A stretch of DNA of 64,000 nucleotides. Source: Malacoraja senta. Taxonomy: Eukaryota. Below are positions 1-12,384 of this stretch, piece after piece (within the stretch, counting starts at the first letter, position 1; each line of letters opens with the position of its first letter). Position numbers and translations under genes: made by a program. The stretch spans positions 1,922,001-1,986,000 of the forward strand of contig CM075991.1 of NCBI GenBank assembly GCA_038087875.1, written 5' to 3'. The notes below the pieces were generated by a model. That model saw only the letters and a list, made by a program, of their open reading frames with translations, was not told the DNA's origin and did no database searches.

Positions 1-3000
1 CGACTCCGGAGATCCAATGTCGGTTAAAGCACTCCCCCCAAAGGGACGGCTTAAAAAACCCGGAAAGGGCAAACAACCGGTGGAAGAAGCAGGCCCGACT
101 GAAGCCACGGGCTCAGTTTCAACGTCGTCCCAGGAGGACGTTTCAAAAGGGCCAGAAGACAAAGACAAGAAAAGTGAAATGGAGGAACTTTGCATCCTTT
201 TCACAAAGGAATCTGCAAGTATAAGAGAAGAATTGATAAACTTTAAAAAAGAATAAACATTAAAGAAATACTGAAATGTTTTAAAAAAAAATTAAAGAAG
301 AACTCTTAGATTTTGAAGATAAAATCACGAATTTGTCGTGAAGAACTGGCTACCATGATGGATGAAATGTCTGCAAATCTCGATTTACAAATCAAAGAAG
401 TAAACGAGAAAATTAAGTCGATTGAATCCAACCTTAATGCTAGGTTGGATCCTGCCATCACCGCAATAAATCAACAAACTGAAGCCATAACTCAATTGGA
501 GTCAATTGCCGAAACGAGCTCTGACACTACAAATACACTCTCGCCGAGAACAAGCATTTATCAGCTTACTGCATAAAGTAACTGAAAAATGTATTTGACT
601 TGGAGGGACGTCAGAGACGTCAGAATTTAAGAATTGTTGGCGTTCGAGAAGGTAAAGACGGAACTAAAGATCTCCGAGACTTTGCCGCAGACTTATTTTA
701 AAAAGTCTTGAATTTAGATCAAATGCCTTTATTAGGCTGGGCACACAGAGTTCTGGGACGTCGCTCGGACTGAACGCCCCCCCAAGGCAACTGATAGTGA
801 AGTGCAATTTGATCATGTTTTGGATGATATCATGAAAAAAATTGCTGGCACCAGAAATCTTCTGTTTGAGGGAGACAAAATTAGCATATTTAGAGATTAT
901 CCTGCAGAGGTGGTCAGAAGGAAAGCGTTATTCACCGAGACAAGAGGGATTCTTAAGAAGATAGACAACTTGAGATATGGACTGCTGTACCCTGCAAGAT
1001 TGGAGTCACCTATAAGCAGAAGGAACATATTTTCACTAATCACAAGGAAGCATTGGCATTCGCCCAGAATATCGTGGACTCGAGGGATGATTGAATAATA
1101 TTCATATGATATCTTCATCTTGCTGAGAATAAATGGTACTTTATACCGCTTTACTCAAGGACTAATGAAAGCTGGATAACGACAGCTGAGCAAACCTTGC
1201 TATGGACATATTTTTTAAATATTTTAGTACTATTACTAACAATTACTAATTATTAAGAATAATTATGATTATTATTAGAATAATAGTTAAAAATTTGAAT
1301 TGTAAACAAGGTATAATCTAGGTATTTTATTTATACAAACTTGGTATGTTTTTCATTTTTTTTTCAATCAGACTAACATTTGACTAATACTTAGCCAAGA
1401 GAGTAATGTTCTCATTACATGATTACTATCTTTTGGACCAAAAATAGTTCTAATATCAATCCCGTAAATTACTTTTATTGATTTTTTTTTTACTATAGCG
1501 TGGAGCTAGTAATAATTTTTTATAAGGCTACGGAAGTCCTTAGATGGCCAACCACGCTAGTGTGGCTATCACTAACTACACTAATTGTAGATGTAGTTTC
1601 TTCTTTTTTCTTGCACTTTACTAACCCTTTATTTTTTTACTTTCTTTATTTTTTACTTAATACTATCTTAAACTTGAATTGAATTATAAGTATTATTTAT
1701 GGAGATATGTCCGTGAGGAAGATCTATTAGATTTAAAACTCATCTGTCTTGTGTTCGGGTGGAATGTCTGGTTTACTGTGCTGAGCTTTCTGCTCTTTTA
1801 TGGACTACCCTAACCACAAGATGCAAGACGTTAATAGAAAAAACGGGGTTCAATGAATTACTTTTTGTAGCTGGAACGTTAAGGGAATTAATGACCAATC
1901 AAGAGAGGTAAAGTATTAGCACACTTATATAACCATATAACCATAACAGCACGGAAACAGGCCATCTCGGCCCTTCAAGTCCGTGCCGAACATTTTTTTT
2001 TTTTTAATTTTTTTTTTAATTTAAAATAAATACTCCCCCCTAGTCCCATCTACCTGCACTCAGACATAACCCTCCATTCCTTTTCCGTCCATATACCCAT
2101 CCAATATATTTTTAAAGGATAAAATCGAACCAGCCTCCACCACTTCCACTGGAAGCTCATTCCACACAGCTACCACTCTCTGAGTAAAGAAGTTCCCCCT
2201 AATGTTACCCCATAAACTTCTGTCCCTTTAATTCTCAAGTCACGTCGCCTTGTTTGAATCTTCCCTACTCTCAATGGAAAAAGCTTATCCACGTCAACTC
2301 TGTCTAACCCGCTCATAATTTTTAAAGACCTCTATCAAGTCCCCTCTTAACCCTTAACCTTCTGCGCTCCAAAGAATAAAGACCTACTTAAAGTCACTCA
2401 ATGCAGATATAACATTTCTTCAAGAAACACACTTTAAAAACGAAGCACAACATAGATTGAAAGCAAAATGGATTGCTGAAACATATCATTCTTCATTCTC
2501 CCATAAGGCCAGAGGGGTCACAATTTTAATCCGTAAAGGTATACCTTTTAAACACATATCAACTATTGCAGACATTAATGGTAGATATATTATACTAGTG
2601 GGTGAATTATATCTAAAAAAAGTGATTCTTCTCAATGTTTATGGACCAAATTTTGACAACCCTTTGTTTTTTAAGAATACACTTAATACTATCCCGGAAC
2701 TCACACAACAAAATTTGATAATTGGTGGAGATTTAAATTTTACACTAGATTCTTATCTAGTTAGATCATCAAGACAAAGAAAAGTAAAATCCAAGACAAG
2801 CAAATTATTAAATTCATACATTAATACTACTAATATCAAAGATGTTTGGAGAATTGAAAACCCATCCGGAAGGGAATATTCATTCTACTCACATAAAACC
2901 TATTCAAGGATAGACTACTTTATAGTAGACTCTAAGCTTTTCTCATTTACTTATAATTCGAAATATCATAATATTATAATTTTGGACCATGCTCCTTTAA

Positions 3001-4030
3001 TATTTATGATCAAAGTAAGTGGAATGACTGAGAAGCAGACACAATGGAGACTTAATCCTCAAATTTTAAATGATAAAGCATGTTACGAATATCTTATCAC
3101 ACAGATAAATATGTTTTTCAAGACCAATGACTGCCCTGAAATATCTGCCTCCCTCCTTTGGGAAACATTTAAAGCATTTATACGAGGGGCAAGCCTTTTA
3201 TAGTAAAGAGAATCGCGCCAAACAACAGGTATTGGAAATGGAAATAAGGCAATTAGATATGGAAAATGCAATCGCGCCCTCTACGATAATACATAATAAA
3301 ATAGCTGCACTCAAATATAAGTGAAACCAAATATATTCAGATCAAATCATAAAACGTTATCAAAATATTAAACAACTATACTTTGAGTTCGGTGATAAAC
3401 CACAAAAACTATTAGCACGTCAACTCCGGAAACAGGAAGGGGAAAAAACAATTTATAAAATCAGATCAGATACGGGAGAAATACTAACATTACCCAAGGA
3501 TATTAATGATAGATTTTCTCAATACTATCAAACACTTTACTCAACCAAAACGACAGTGTGTTCTGCAGGAATAGAATCATTTTTACAGAAATGTAATCTT
3601 ACAGGTTTAGATCTGAAAGAGAGGGAATTATTAGGGGCTGAAATATCAGTAAAAGATATTGAAGAATCTATTAGATCTTTAAAAAATGGAACGGCCGCTG
3701 GCCCTGATGGTTTAAATAGTGAAGTTTATTAAAAATTTCATGATCTCATCTCCCCACGCCTGCAGACATTATATACTCATGCCTTCATGCAACAGAAACT
3801 ACCAGAAACTTTAAATGAATCAACAATATTACTTATACCCAAAATGGATAAGGACCATGGAGACCCAGGTTCATATAGAGCAATTGCTCCCTTAAACACT
3901 GATCAGAAAATATTAACCAAAATTTTAGCCCATAGATTAAGTTTAGTGATCCATAAATTAATACATCCCGATCAAACAGGCTTTATTCCAAAACGCTATT
4001 CATATTATAATCTGAGACGATTATTTAACA
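1..4030 (+). mobile_element. L1-clade LINE, degenerate and 3'-truncated (copy 1)
   Basis: Frameshifted ORF1 (17-1094; coiled coil, IFRDYPAEV...LLYPARL). AT-rich spacer. ORF2 from ~1821 with APE motifs (SWNVKG, FLQETH, GGDLN, SRIDYF, DHAP) and the start of RT (YRAIAPLN, DQTGF), ending at a DIRS terminus. Confidence 0.92.
1928..2385 (-). mobile_element. 5'-truncated CR1 3' end inserted in L1 ORF2
   Basis: CR1 ORF2 C-terminus (RRLRGDLIEVFK...TRGH), (GGTTATAT)n tail, ACTTA target-site duplication at 1923-1927 and 2386-2390. Confidence 0.88.
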
Positions 4031-4490
4031 TTTTACTTCGGAGTCACGTGAGTGACTACGTGAAGAAGACCTGTCAGGGCACATGCACGTCATTACGTCA
4101 GTCGCATTGGCGCAGACAGGCTGGGAGGAACAGAGTCCTCCAGCAGTAAGTTTGCAAAATCCTGCAGGTAAGTTTAAACTTACTTTTCAGGTTGTCCGTT
4201 GCATGAATCTCTTCTCGCAGGTTCCTGCTGAATATCGAATTGAGCATAACCCGGTGGACCGCGGGGAAATGTTGACCGCGGGGATGCCGGCTTCGGACTG
4301 CGGGAGTGCGGTAGCAGGCGGCCGGTGGGTTTTGCTGGTTGAGTCACGGACAGAACGGTCCGCGACTCCCGAGGTTTAATTCGGGCCGCGGGGTTTTGTC
4401 GACCGCGGGTTATGCAAGCTACCGTCACTGCGGGTCGCTGTTAGGCTTGTTGTTTCGAGTCGCTGACAGGCAGGTCAGCGACTCCCGAGA
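4031..4490 (+). mobile_element. DIRS1-like left-end fragment
   Basis: Begins TTTTACTTCGGAGTCACGTGAGTGACTACGTGAAGAA, the same terminus as the full element at 20533. Right boundary approximate. Confidence 0.85.
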
Positions 4491-5039
4491 TGTGTTTTAA
4501 ATATGGGCGTTTGATAGTGTGTGTTTGGAATAAGCTGCCAGAGGCTGGTATAATTATAATGTTTACAAGACAACATCGATGGAACGGAAAGATTTGGAGA
4601 GACACGGGCCAAATGTGGGCGACTGGGACTTTCTCAAGTAGACTCCTTGTTCAGCATGGACGAGTTGGCCCGAAGGGCCTGTTCTGTGCTGTATAAGGTG
4701 AGACTCCATGCACAATATTCATTGTCGTTGCTTATTGCCCCTGAAGTGAGGGGGAAAATGGGCATACACCATGTTGGTGGGTCTGGACTCACAAAGTCAT
4801 AGACTCCTCGAGCTTGGACCAGCACCTCCACACCCATCATTTCCATCAAACTGTGTAGGAAGGAACTGCAGGTGCTGGTTTAAAACCGAAGATAGACACA
4901 AACTACTGGAGTAACTGAGCGGGACAGACAGCATCTCTGTAGGGAAAGAATGGTTGATGATTCATTTCGAGACCCTTCTTCAGTCTGATATAATAAACAA
5001 TAATAAATCTAAACCAAAATACCCTTCCTATACCCTTGG

Positions 5040-5675
5040 AGCGCCGCACGGCTCGGTGCTGGGACCCAGTTAATCACACTATATATTATCGATTTAGACG
5101 AAGGAATTAAATGTGACATCTCCAAGTTTGCATATGACACAAAGCTGGGTGGCAGTGTGAGCTGCGAGGAAGATGCTATGAGGCTGCAGGGTGACTTGGA
5201 TAGGTTGGGTGAGTGGGCAGATGCAAGGCAAATGCAGTAAAATGTGGATAAATGTGAGGTTATCCACTTTGGTGGCAAGAACAGGAAGGCAGATTAATAT
5301 CTGAATGGTGTCAGATTTTAGAAAAGTGGAGATGCAATGAGACCTGGGGGTCCTTGTACATCAGTCACTGAAATGTAAGCATGCAGGTACAGCAGGCAGT
5401 GAAGAAAGCTAATGACATGTTGGCCTTCATTGTGAGAGGATTTGAGTAGAGGAACAAGGAGGTCCTACTGCAGTTGTACAAGGCCCTGGTGAGACCGCAC
5501 CTGGAGTATTATGTGCTGTTTTGGTCTCCTAATTTGAGGAAGGACATTCTTACTGTTGAGGGAGTGCAGCACAGGTTCACCAAGTTAATTCCCGGGATGG
5601 CAGGACTGACATATGATGAAAGAATGGAATGACTGGACTTATATTTACTGGAATTTAGAAGGATGAGAGGGTATG
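5040..5675 (+). mobile_element. CR1 RT fragment (also 30730-31365)
   Basis: SKFAYDTKLGG and ALVRPHLEY motifs with stops and frameshifts. Confidence 0.88.
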
Positions 5676-5702
5676 TAAATGTCCCCTGGTGCTAGAAGAC
5701 GT

Positions 5703-5830
5703 CTGAAGAAGGTTCTCGACCTGAAACGTCACCCATTCCACGCTCCAGAGACGCTGGCTGTCCCGCTGAGTTACTCCAGCTTTTTGTGTCTATCTTCGGT
5801 TTAAACCAGCATCTGCAGTTCCTTCCTACA
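5703..5830 (+). mobile_element. Penelope-like terminal repeat fragment with minimal hammerhead motif
   Basis: CTGAAGA-AGGTTCTCGACCT-GAAACGTC followed by the recurrent CCAGAGA(C/T)GCTG...GCTGAGTTACTCCAGC block. Confidence 0.7.
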
Positions 5831-6155
5831 CATTAAGTACGGTATTATCTGGTCTGGTTGGGGAGCCTTCAACAACGTTTTTCACTGTACTTTAGTAGGT
5901 GTCAATATTAAACCTGAAGCTAAACCTAAAGCTGTGATGAAACAGCAGGCCGTGATCAACCCCAGCTTATGTTAATAACATAGCTTCCTGTACAGGCTCT
6001 GAAACAACAGCTGGGTGGAAACCCTGCCACAAAAACCATCTGAAAGAACCCAAACGAGCAAAGGAATTAAACGAGAACATTCTGTGCTCAATAAGTCACG
6101 TTGTTCCGGCTGAGAAGCCAAGAGCGCATTCCTTTAAATGTCACAAACACTTCCA

Positions 6156-6463
6156 GTTTAGTTTAGTTCAGAGATATAGGACGTGCAAACAGGCCCTACG
6201 GCCCACCGAGTCCGCACCGACCAGCGATCGCCCGTACACCAGTTCCATCCTACACATTGGAGACAATTTACAGAAGCCAATTATTAAACTACAAACCTGC
6301 ACCACTTTGGGATGTGGGAGGAAACCGGAGCACCCGGGGAAAACTCACGTGGTCACAGGGAGAAGGTACAAACTCCATTCAGGACAGCACCCGTACTCAG
6401 GATCGAACCTGGGTCTCTGGCGCTGTGAGGCAGCAACTCTACCATAACGCCACTGTGCCACCC
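6156..6463 (-). mobile_element. tRNA-derived SINE (HE1/V-SINE-like); also 31846-32153
   Basis: tRNA-like head with B box GGTTCGATCC on the minus strand; (CTAAA)n tail. Confidence 0.8.
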
Positions 6464-6833
6464 TAAATTGCCAAGCATTTTCTGGCTCATGGTCTCTGAA
6501 CTGAAGATGGAGCCAGCTTTGCTCTTAGTGTACGTCACATTGTGACATTAGCTTAACGTTGCAGAATCTGGATTTTATTTATTATTGTCAAGTACGCTGA
6601 GACACGGTGAAAAACATTGTTGTTGCATGCTATTCTGTAAGTCGGATTGGAGTTTGCATGTTCGCCCTGTGACCACGTGGGTTTCCTCCCCTCCATTGAC
6701 TCCATCTACACCTCACGCTGCCTTGGCAAGGCCAGCAGCATAATCAGGGACCAGTCTCGCTCAGTCACTCCCTCTTTTCCCCTCTCCCATTAGGCAAGAG
6801 GTATTGAAGTGTGAAAACGCACACCTCCATACC

Positions 6834-7033
6834 NNNNNNNNNNNNNNNNNNNNNNNNNNNNNNNNNNNNNNNNNNNNNNNNNNNNNNNNNNNNNNNNNNN
6901 NNNNNNNNNNNNNNNNNNNNNNNNNNNNNNNNNNNNNNNNNNNNNNNNNNNNNNNNNNNNNNNNNNNNNNNNNNNNNNNNNNNNNNNNNNNNNNNNNNNN
7001 NNNNNNNNNNNNNNNNNNNNNNNNNNNNNNNNN
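6834..7033. other. Assembly gap, 200 N
   Basis: Run of N. Confidence 1.
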
Positions 7034-7345
7034 CTAAAATCCACGTAGACAACATCCACTGCCCTACCCTCAATGATCATCACCTCCTCACAAACTCAAT
7101 CAGGTTAGTAAGACATAACCTGCCATGTACAAAGCCATGTGCTGACTGTCCCCGATTAACTAATTCTCCTTCAAATGGCAGTAAATCCTATCCCGTGATA
7201 TTCTCTCCAATAGCTTCCCTTACACTGATGAGTTTCACTGGCAAGATCTTTGTCAAGGCTTTCATGGTCTCCACTCTTGCTTCTCTCAATAAAATGGGAT
7301 AAATCCCATCAGCTCGAGGGGATTTATCCACCTTAATGCTCTTCA
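7034..7345 (-). mobile_element. CR1 RT fragment
   Basis: EGRAVDVVYVDF and HGFV motifs on the minus strand. Confidence 0.75.
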
Positions 7346-7857
7346 ACACCTCCTACCGTTACCTTATCGAGAATAGAGTAGACCCAAGCACAGAGAGTGC
7401 ACTGGTTGGTGAAAGTTAAAACTCAGAAGGGCTTCTACTTGAATCGGAGTCGTGAAAACAGGTCGCAGGGTCCAATCCAAAAGTACACAGGCAGAGGAAT
7501 TGAGGACCAGTCAATTTTAAGGTTATATTGGACAAGCCTGGGGTGGCCAAGAATGAGGGGAAGTTTAGGAGAATCCATGAGTTGGATCATTTCAAAATGT
7601 TTAGCTCTAATTAAGTGCTTCCGTGGAATGGTTTGATTTTCTCTGACCCCAGAGGGCTGCCATCTAAAGCCGTGACTATTATGGGTTTATCAAGAGGAGT
7701 TTAAGGAATCCTCAATTTCTTTGCCTGAGAAATGTCGGAAATATTTCCAGCAGACCCCAGAATCACTGCAAGTCACGAGAGTCTGGCTGAGATCTCCCCC
7801 AGGAGATACTTGCCTTCAACAAGGTGCAGTTTGTACTGAGGTTGGGAGAATTAATCA

Positions 7858-9825
7858 GTGCAAAAGGGAGGCTTATCTAGAGTGCCGGGGAGTCTAGAGC
7901 ACATGGGATTGGTGACCCAGCACACCAGAGAAGCCAGGGAGAACAAGGGAGACCTGACAGTGGTCTGGCTTGACCTGACCAATGCCTACGGCTCCATCCC
8001 ACACAAGCTGATGCAGACAGTCATGGCCAAGCACCATGTGCCGGGCCAAGTGGCAGATCTCATCCTGGACTATTACAACCAGTTCAGCATGAGAGTCTCA
8101 TCAGGGTCAGTAACATCAGAGTGGCACAGACTGGAAGTAGAGATCAACACAGGCTGTACCATCTCTGTGATCCTTTATGCCTTGGCGATGAACATGATCG
8201 TCAAGTCTGCTGAGCCAGAGTGCCGGGGCCCTCGGACCAAGTCAGGAGTGCGCCAATCATGAATCAGAGCCTTCATGGATGACCTGACTGTCACCACTGA
8301 GTCAGTGCCAGGAGGCAGGTGGATCCTGCAGGGGTTGGAGAAACTGATTGGATGGGCAAGGATGTGGTTTAAGCCAGGGAAATCAAGGTGATTGGTGCTG
8401 ATTACGGTCAAAGTCATGGGTAGGTTCTGCTTCAGCATCGAACCAATCCTAATTGTCTCCGAAAAGCCAGGGAAGAGTCTTGGCAAGGTGTTTATCAGCA
8501 GCCTGAAGGATACAGCATCAGTCCAGGCAACCTGTCAGTAGTTGGAGAGCTGGTTGAGAGCCGTGGACCGGTCAGGGCTTCCAGGCAAGTTCAAGGCATG
8601 GATTTACCAGCATGGTATCTTGCCAAGGATACTCTGGCCACTGCTTGTTTACGAAGTCCCAATATCCATCAAAGAGAGATTGGAGAGGAAAGTCAGCAGC
8701 TTTTTCATGAGGTGGCTGGGACTGCCCAGGAGCCTTAGCAGCATCGCCCTTTACGGAAATAACACCAAGCTCCAGCTGCCCCTGAAGTCCCTGGGGGAGG
8801 AGTTTAAGGTGACTCGGGCCAGAGTGGTGATGCTGTACAGGGACTCCAGCGATCCCAAGGTGGCTCAGGCAGGGATGGAGGTGAAAACTGGGAGGAAGCG
8901 GAGAGCCTGCGAAGCCGTGCTGGAAGGAGAGTCTCGGATAGGCTACAGAGTCCTGGTGGGAACAGTGACTCGGGGAAGAGCTGGTGTAGGAATCTTCCCA
9001 ACTCCCCAGTTTAACAAGGCCAAGGGGAAGGAGAGCCACGGGCTGGTCCAGGAGGAAGTGAGGGCAGCGGTGAAGGAGGAGAGGTCTAGCAGAGTGGTTG
9101 GCTAGAGGCAGCAGGGAGCCTGGACAAGGTGGGAGCAGGCCATGGACCGAAAAGTCACATGGACTGAGCTCTGGCAGGCTAAACCACAGTGCATCAAGTT
9201 CTTGGTCCAGGCAGTGTACGATATCTTGCCCAACCCATCGAACCTCTTCATCTGGGGCAAAGCGGAATCTCCGGATTGCCCGCAATGCCCAGTCAACAGA
9301 ACGTTGGAACACACCCTGAGCTGCTGCCCAAAGGCACTTGGGCAGGGCTGGTACACCTGGCGCCACGACCAGGTTCTTAAACCCATTGTAGAGGTCATCA
9401 GCGTGGGAATCAGCAGCTGCAGATGAGCACGCCCCACCACCCAGATGATCACCTTCGTGAAGGCCGGAGTGCAGCTGCCAAGAACCACAGTCGTCAGGAA
9501 TCCGTCATGAATCCTGCCGACTGCGCAGGACTGGCAGCTTTCTGTAGACCTGGTGAAACAGCTGAAGTTCGCACAGCACATTGCCACGACCACCCTGAGG
9601 CCAGACATCCACCTGGTCTCAGAGGCGCGGAGAAGGCCTCGAGATGGCTCTGGATCAGGAGAGGAGGTCCATGAGGAGGAGCGAATGCCACCTGAACATA
9701 AGTCGTGGTCTGAGCAACCACGGCTGGGTCGCCTGGGTGAGGGTGAAAGACCCGAAACACCCAATGACCCCCATGTTACATCACTGATGATGTGTTCAGG
9801 AGCATCAAGAGATGTATTTTTTATC
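7858..9825 (+). mobile_element. HERO-like (R2 superfamily, RLE) non-LTR retrotransposon, 5'-truncated, degenerate
   Basis: QKGG...EH, WLDLTNAYGSIPH, GCTIS, FMDD RT motifs; CPQC...H...C knuckle; WRHDQVL and TTLRPDI RLE motifs; C-terminal AEKASRWLW; then 3' UTR. Confidence 0.85.
9732..9797 (+). ncRNA. Permuted hammerhead/K-turn motif, cleavage-site segment deleted
   Basis: GGGTG/GAAACACCC stem III, AAT-GA/TGA kink-turn pattern, ACATCA-CTGATGA. Homologous to 35851-35925. Confidence 0.6.
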
Positions 9826-9898
9826 TATCAGGCTGTAAAGAGTTTGAAGGGAGGGGGTAAGATTTGAGAAGAAACTCTTCTGTCATTGTTCCCATCCT

Positions 9899-10298
9899 TG
9901 TCTTGACGGAACATTAATGAAAGCAGAGTAGACCCAAGGTCAGAGGGCACACAGGAGTCAGGAACAAGTTAAAACTCTGAAGGGATTTTACTGGAATAGT
10001 TCTGGTAAGCAGACCACAGGGTCAAAATCAAAAAATTGCAGCAAGAGGAATCAAATTGGAGAGATCAGACCAAAGGTGAAAACCACAAGTAAAGGTAAAC
10101 TAGAGAACAAGAAACAGCCAGCAAAAATCCAAGACAAAGCACCAACAGAGACAAACATCAGAACTTAATAAGGGAACTCAGACAGTAACACAAATAATGA
10201 CACACTGGTGAAAATACCTAAAACAGGATAAACACAATACAGAACACAGACTATGCCACCCTCAAGTGGTCAGCAGAGGAATTAGCAGGCGGTGTGAC
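9899..10298 (-). mobile_element. Probable solo LTR (related partial copy ~7357-7490)
   Basis: Bounded by TGTC...TGACA. Shares AGAGTAGACCCAAG...AAGTTAAAACTC-GAAGGG with the segment starting at ~7375. Confidence 0.45.
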
Positions 10299-10334
10299 AC
10301 CTTCTGAATCTCAAACACCCCCAGCCGATTGGTG

Positions 10335-10500
10335 TTAGTTTAGTTTAGTATTGGTTAGAGATACAGTGTAGATGCAGGCCCTTCGACACACCGAAACCAA
10401 ACCCGGGTCTCTGGCGCTGTAAGGCAGCAACTCTACTGCTGCACCACCGTGTCGCCCTAAGTTTAGTTTAGTTTAGTTGAGAGGTGCAGTGTGGAAACGG
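10335..10500 (-). mobile_element. SINE fragments
   Basis: (TTTAG)n tails and tRNA-like head sequence. Confidence 0.7.
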
Positions 10501-10509
10501 GTGGGTTTA

Positions 10510-12258
10510 AACTAAAAAGTGGGGGGGGGGGAGTCAACAATGTGGAAGCGTATCCGTGCAGCTAACGGGAAAGAGACTGTAGGAAAGGTCACGTTTAAAC
10601 TAATAGGGCAGGGGGATGGGGCCCAATGCAAGCAGACAGTGGGCCATAAAATGAGGACAGAAGCAAAAGTTAGAAGGGAGATAAGAAAAATTAACCTGAA
10701 AACTTTGTGTCTTAATGCGATGAGCATTTGAAAAAAGGTGGATGAATTGAATGCCCAGTTAGTAGTTAAGGGATATGATATAGTTGGAATTACGGAGACA
10801 TGGCTCCAGGGTGACCAAGGCTGGGAGCTAAACATGCAGGGGTGGTCGATATTCAGGAAGGATAGACAGAAACGAAGAGGAAGTGGGGTGGCATTGCTGG
10901 TTAAAGAGGAGATTAATGCAATAGCAAGGAGAGACATTAGCTTAGATGCTGTAGAATCGATATGGGTAGATCTGCGAAATAGCCAAGGGCAGAACACGCT
11001 TGTTGGAGTTGTATACAGACCAGCAAACAGCAGTAGAGAGGTTGGGGATAGCATCAAGCAGGAAATTAGGGCTGCGTGTAGCAAAGGTACAAGGGATATC
11101 ATGGGTGACTTTAATCTAAATATAGATTGGGCCAACCAAATTGGTAACAGTGCTGAGGAGGAGGATTTCCTGGAATGTATACGGGATGGGTTTTTAAACC
11201 AATATGTAGAGGAACCGACCAGAGGGCAGGCCATCCTAGACTGGGTATTGTGTAATGAGGAAGGATTAGTTGGCGATCTTGTTGTGCAAGGGCCCTTGGG
11301 CAGCAGTGACCATAATATGGTGGAATTCTGCATCAGGATGGAGAATGACACGGTTAATTATGAGACAAGGATCCTGAACTTGAATAAAGGAAACTTTGAA
11401 GATATTAGATGGGAATTGGCTAGGAATGGACTGGTAAATTATACTTAAAGGGTTGACAGCAGAGATGCAATGGCAAAAATTTAAAGACCGCATGGATGAA
11501 CTCCAGAAATTGTTCATCCCTGTCTGGCGAAAAAATAAAACTGCGTAGGCGGCTCAACCGTGGGTAATGAGGGAAGTCAAGGATAGTTAGATCCAAGGAA
11601 GAAGCATATAAATTGGCCAGAAGAAGCTACAAACCAGAGGACAGGGAGAAATTTAGAACTCAACAGCAGGACAAAGGGGTTATTTAAGAGGGGGGTTAAA
11701 GAGCATGAAAGAAAGTTTGCAGGGAATATAAAAATTGACTGTAAATGTTTCTTTGGGTATGTAAAAAGGAAAAGATTAGTGAAGACAAATGTAGCTCCCT
11801 TACAGTCAGAGACAGGTGAATGTAGAATGGGAAACATGGAAATGGCAGGACAGTTAAACGAGTACTTTGGTTCTGTCTTCATTGAGGAAGACACAAACAA
11901 TCTCCTGGAAATACTAGGGGACCGAGGATCTACTGGGAGGGAGGAACTGAAGGGAATCAACATTAGACAGAAAATGGTGTTAGGTAAAATGTTGGGACTG
12001 AAGGGAGATAAATCCCCAGGGCCTGATGGTCTGCATCCCAGAGTACTCAGGGAGGTGGCCCTAGAAATCGTGGATGCATTGGTGATCATTTTCCAATGTT
12101 CTCTCGACTCTAGATCAGTTCCTGTGGACTGGAGGAAAGCCAATGTAACTCCACTTTTGAAGAGAGAAAATGGGTAATTATAGACCAGTTAGCCTTACAT
12201 CGGTAGTGGGGAAGATGCTGGTTGATTATTAAAGATGATATAGCAGCGCATTTAGAAT
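10510..12258 (+). mobile_element. CR1 ORF2 5' half (APE endonuclease to RT start), degenerate
   Basis: ITETW, MGDFN, GSSDH and KSPGPDGLHPRVL motifs; stops and frameshifts. Confidence 0.92.
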
Positions 12259-12384
12259 GTGGGAGGGAACTGGAGCATCCAGAGAACACCCATGTGGTCA
12301 CAAGGAGAACATACATACTTCGTACAGGCAGACTCGCGGTCAGGATCTAATCCGGGCCTCTGGCGCTGCGCCAGTATGCAGCCA

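Larger units (their letters stand above)
1..6833 (+). repeat. Duplication copy A (matches 25747-32522)
   Basis: Collinear, near-identical sequence including the nested insertions; ends at an N gap. Confidence 0.95.

Noticed and set aside
6765..7302. ORFs spanning X runs (also 42742-43076)
   Set aside because: Artefacts of N gaps.
8572..9764. Long minus-strand ORFs
   Set aside because: Antisense shadows of the HERO-like coding region.
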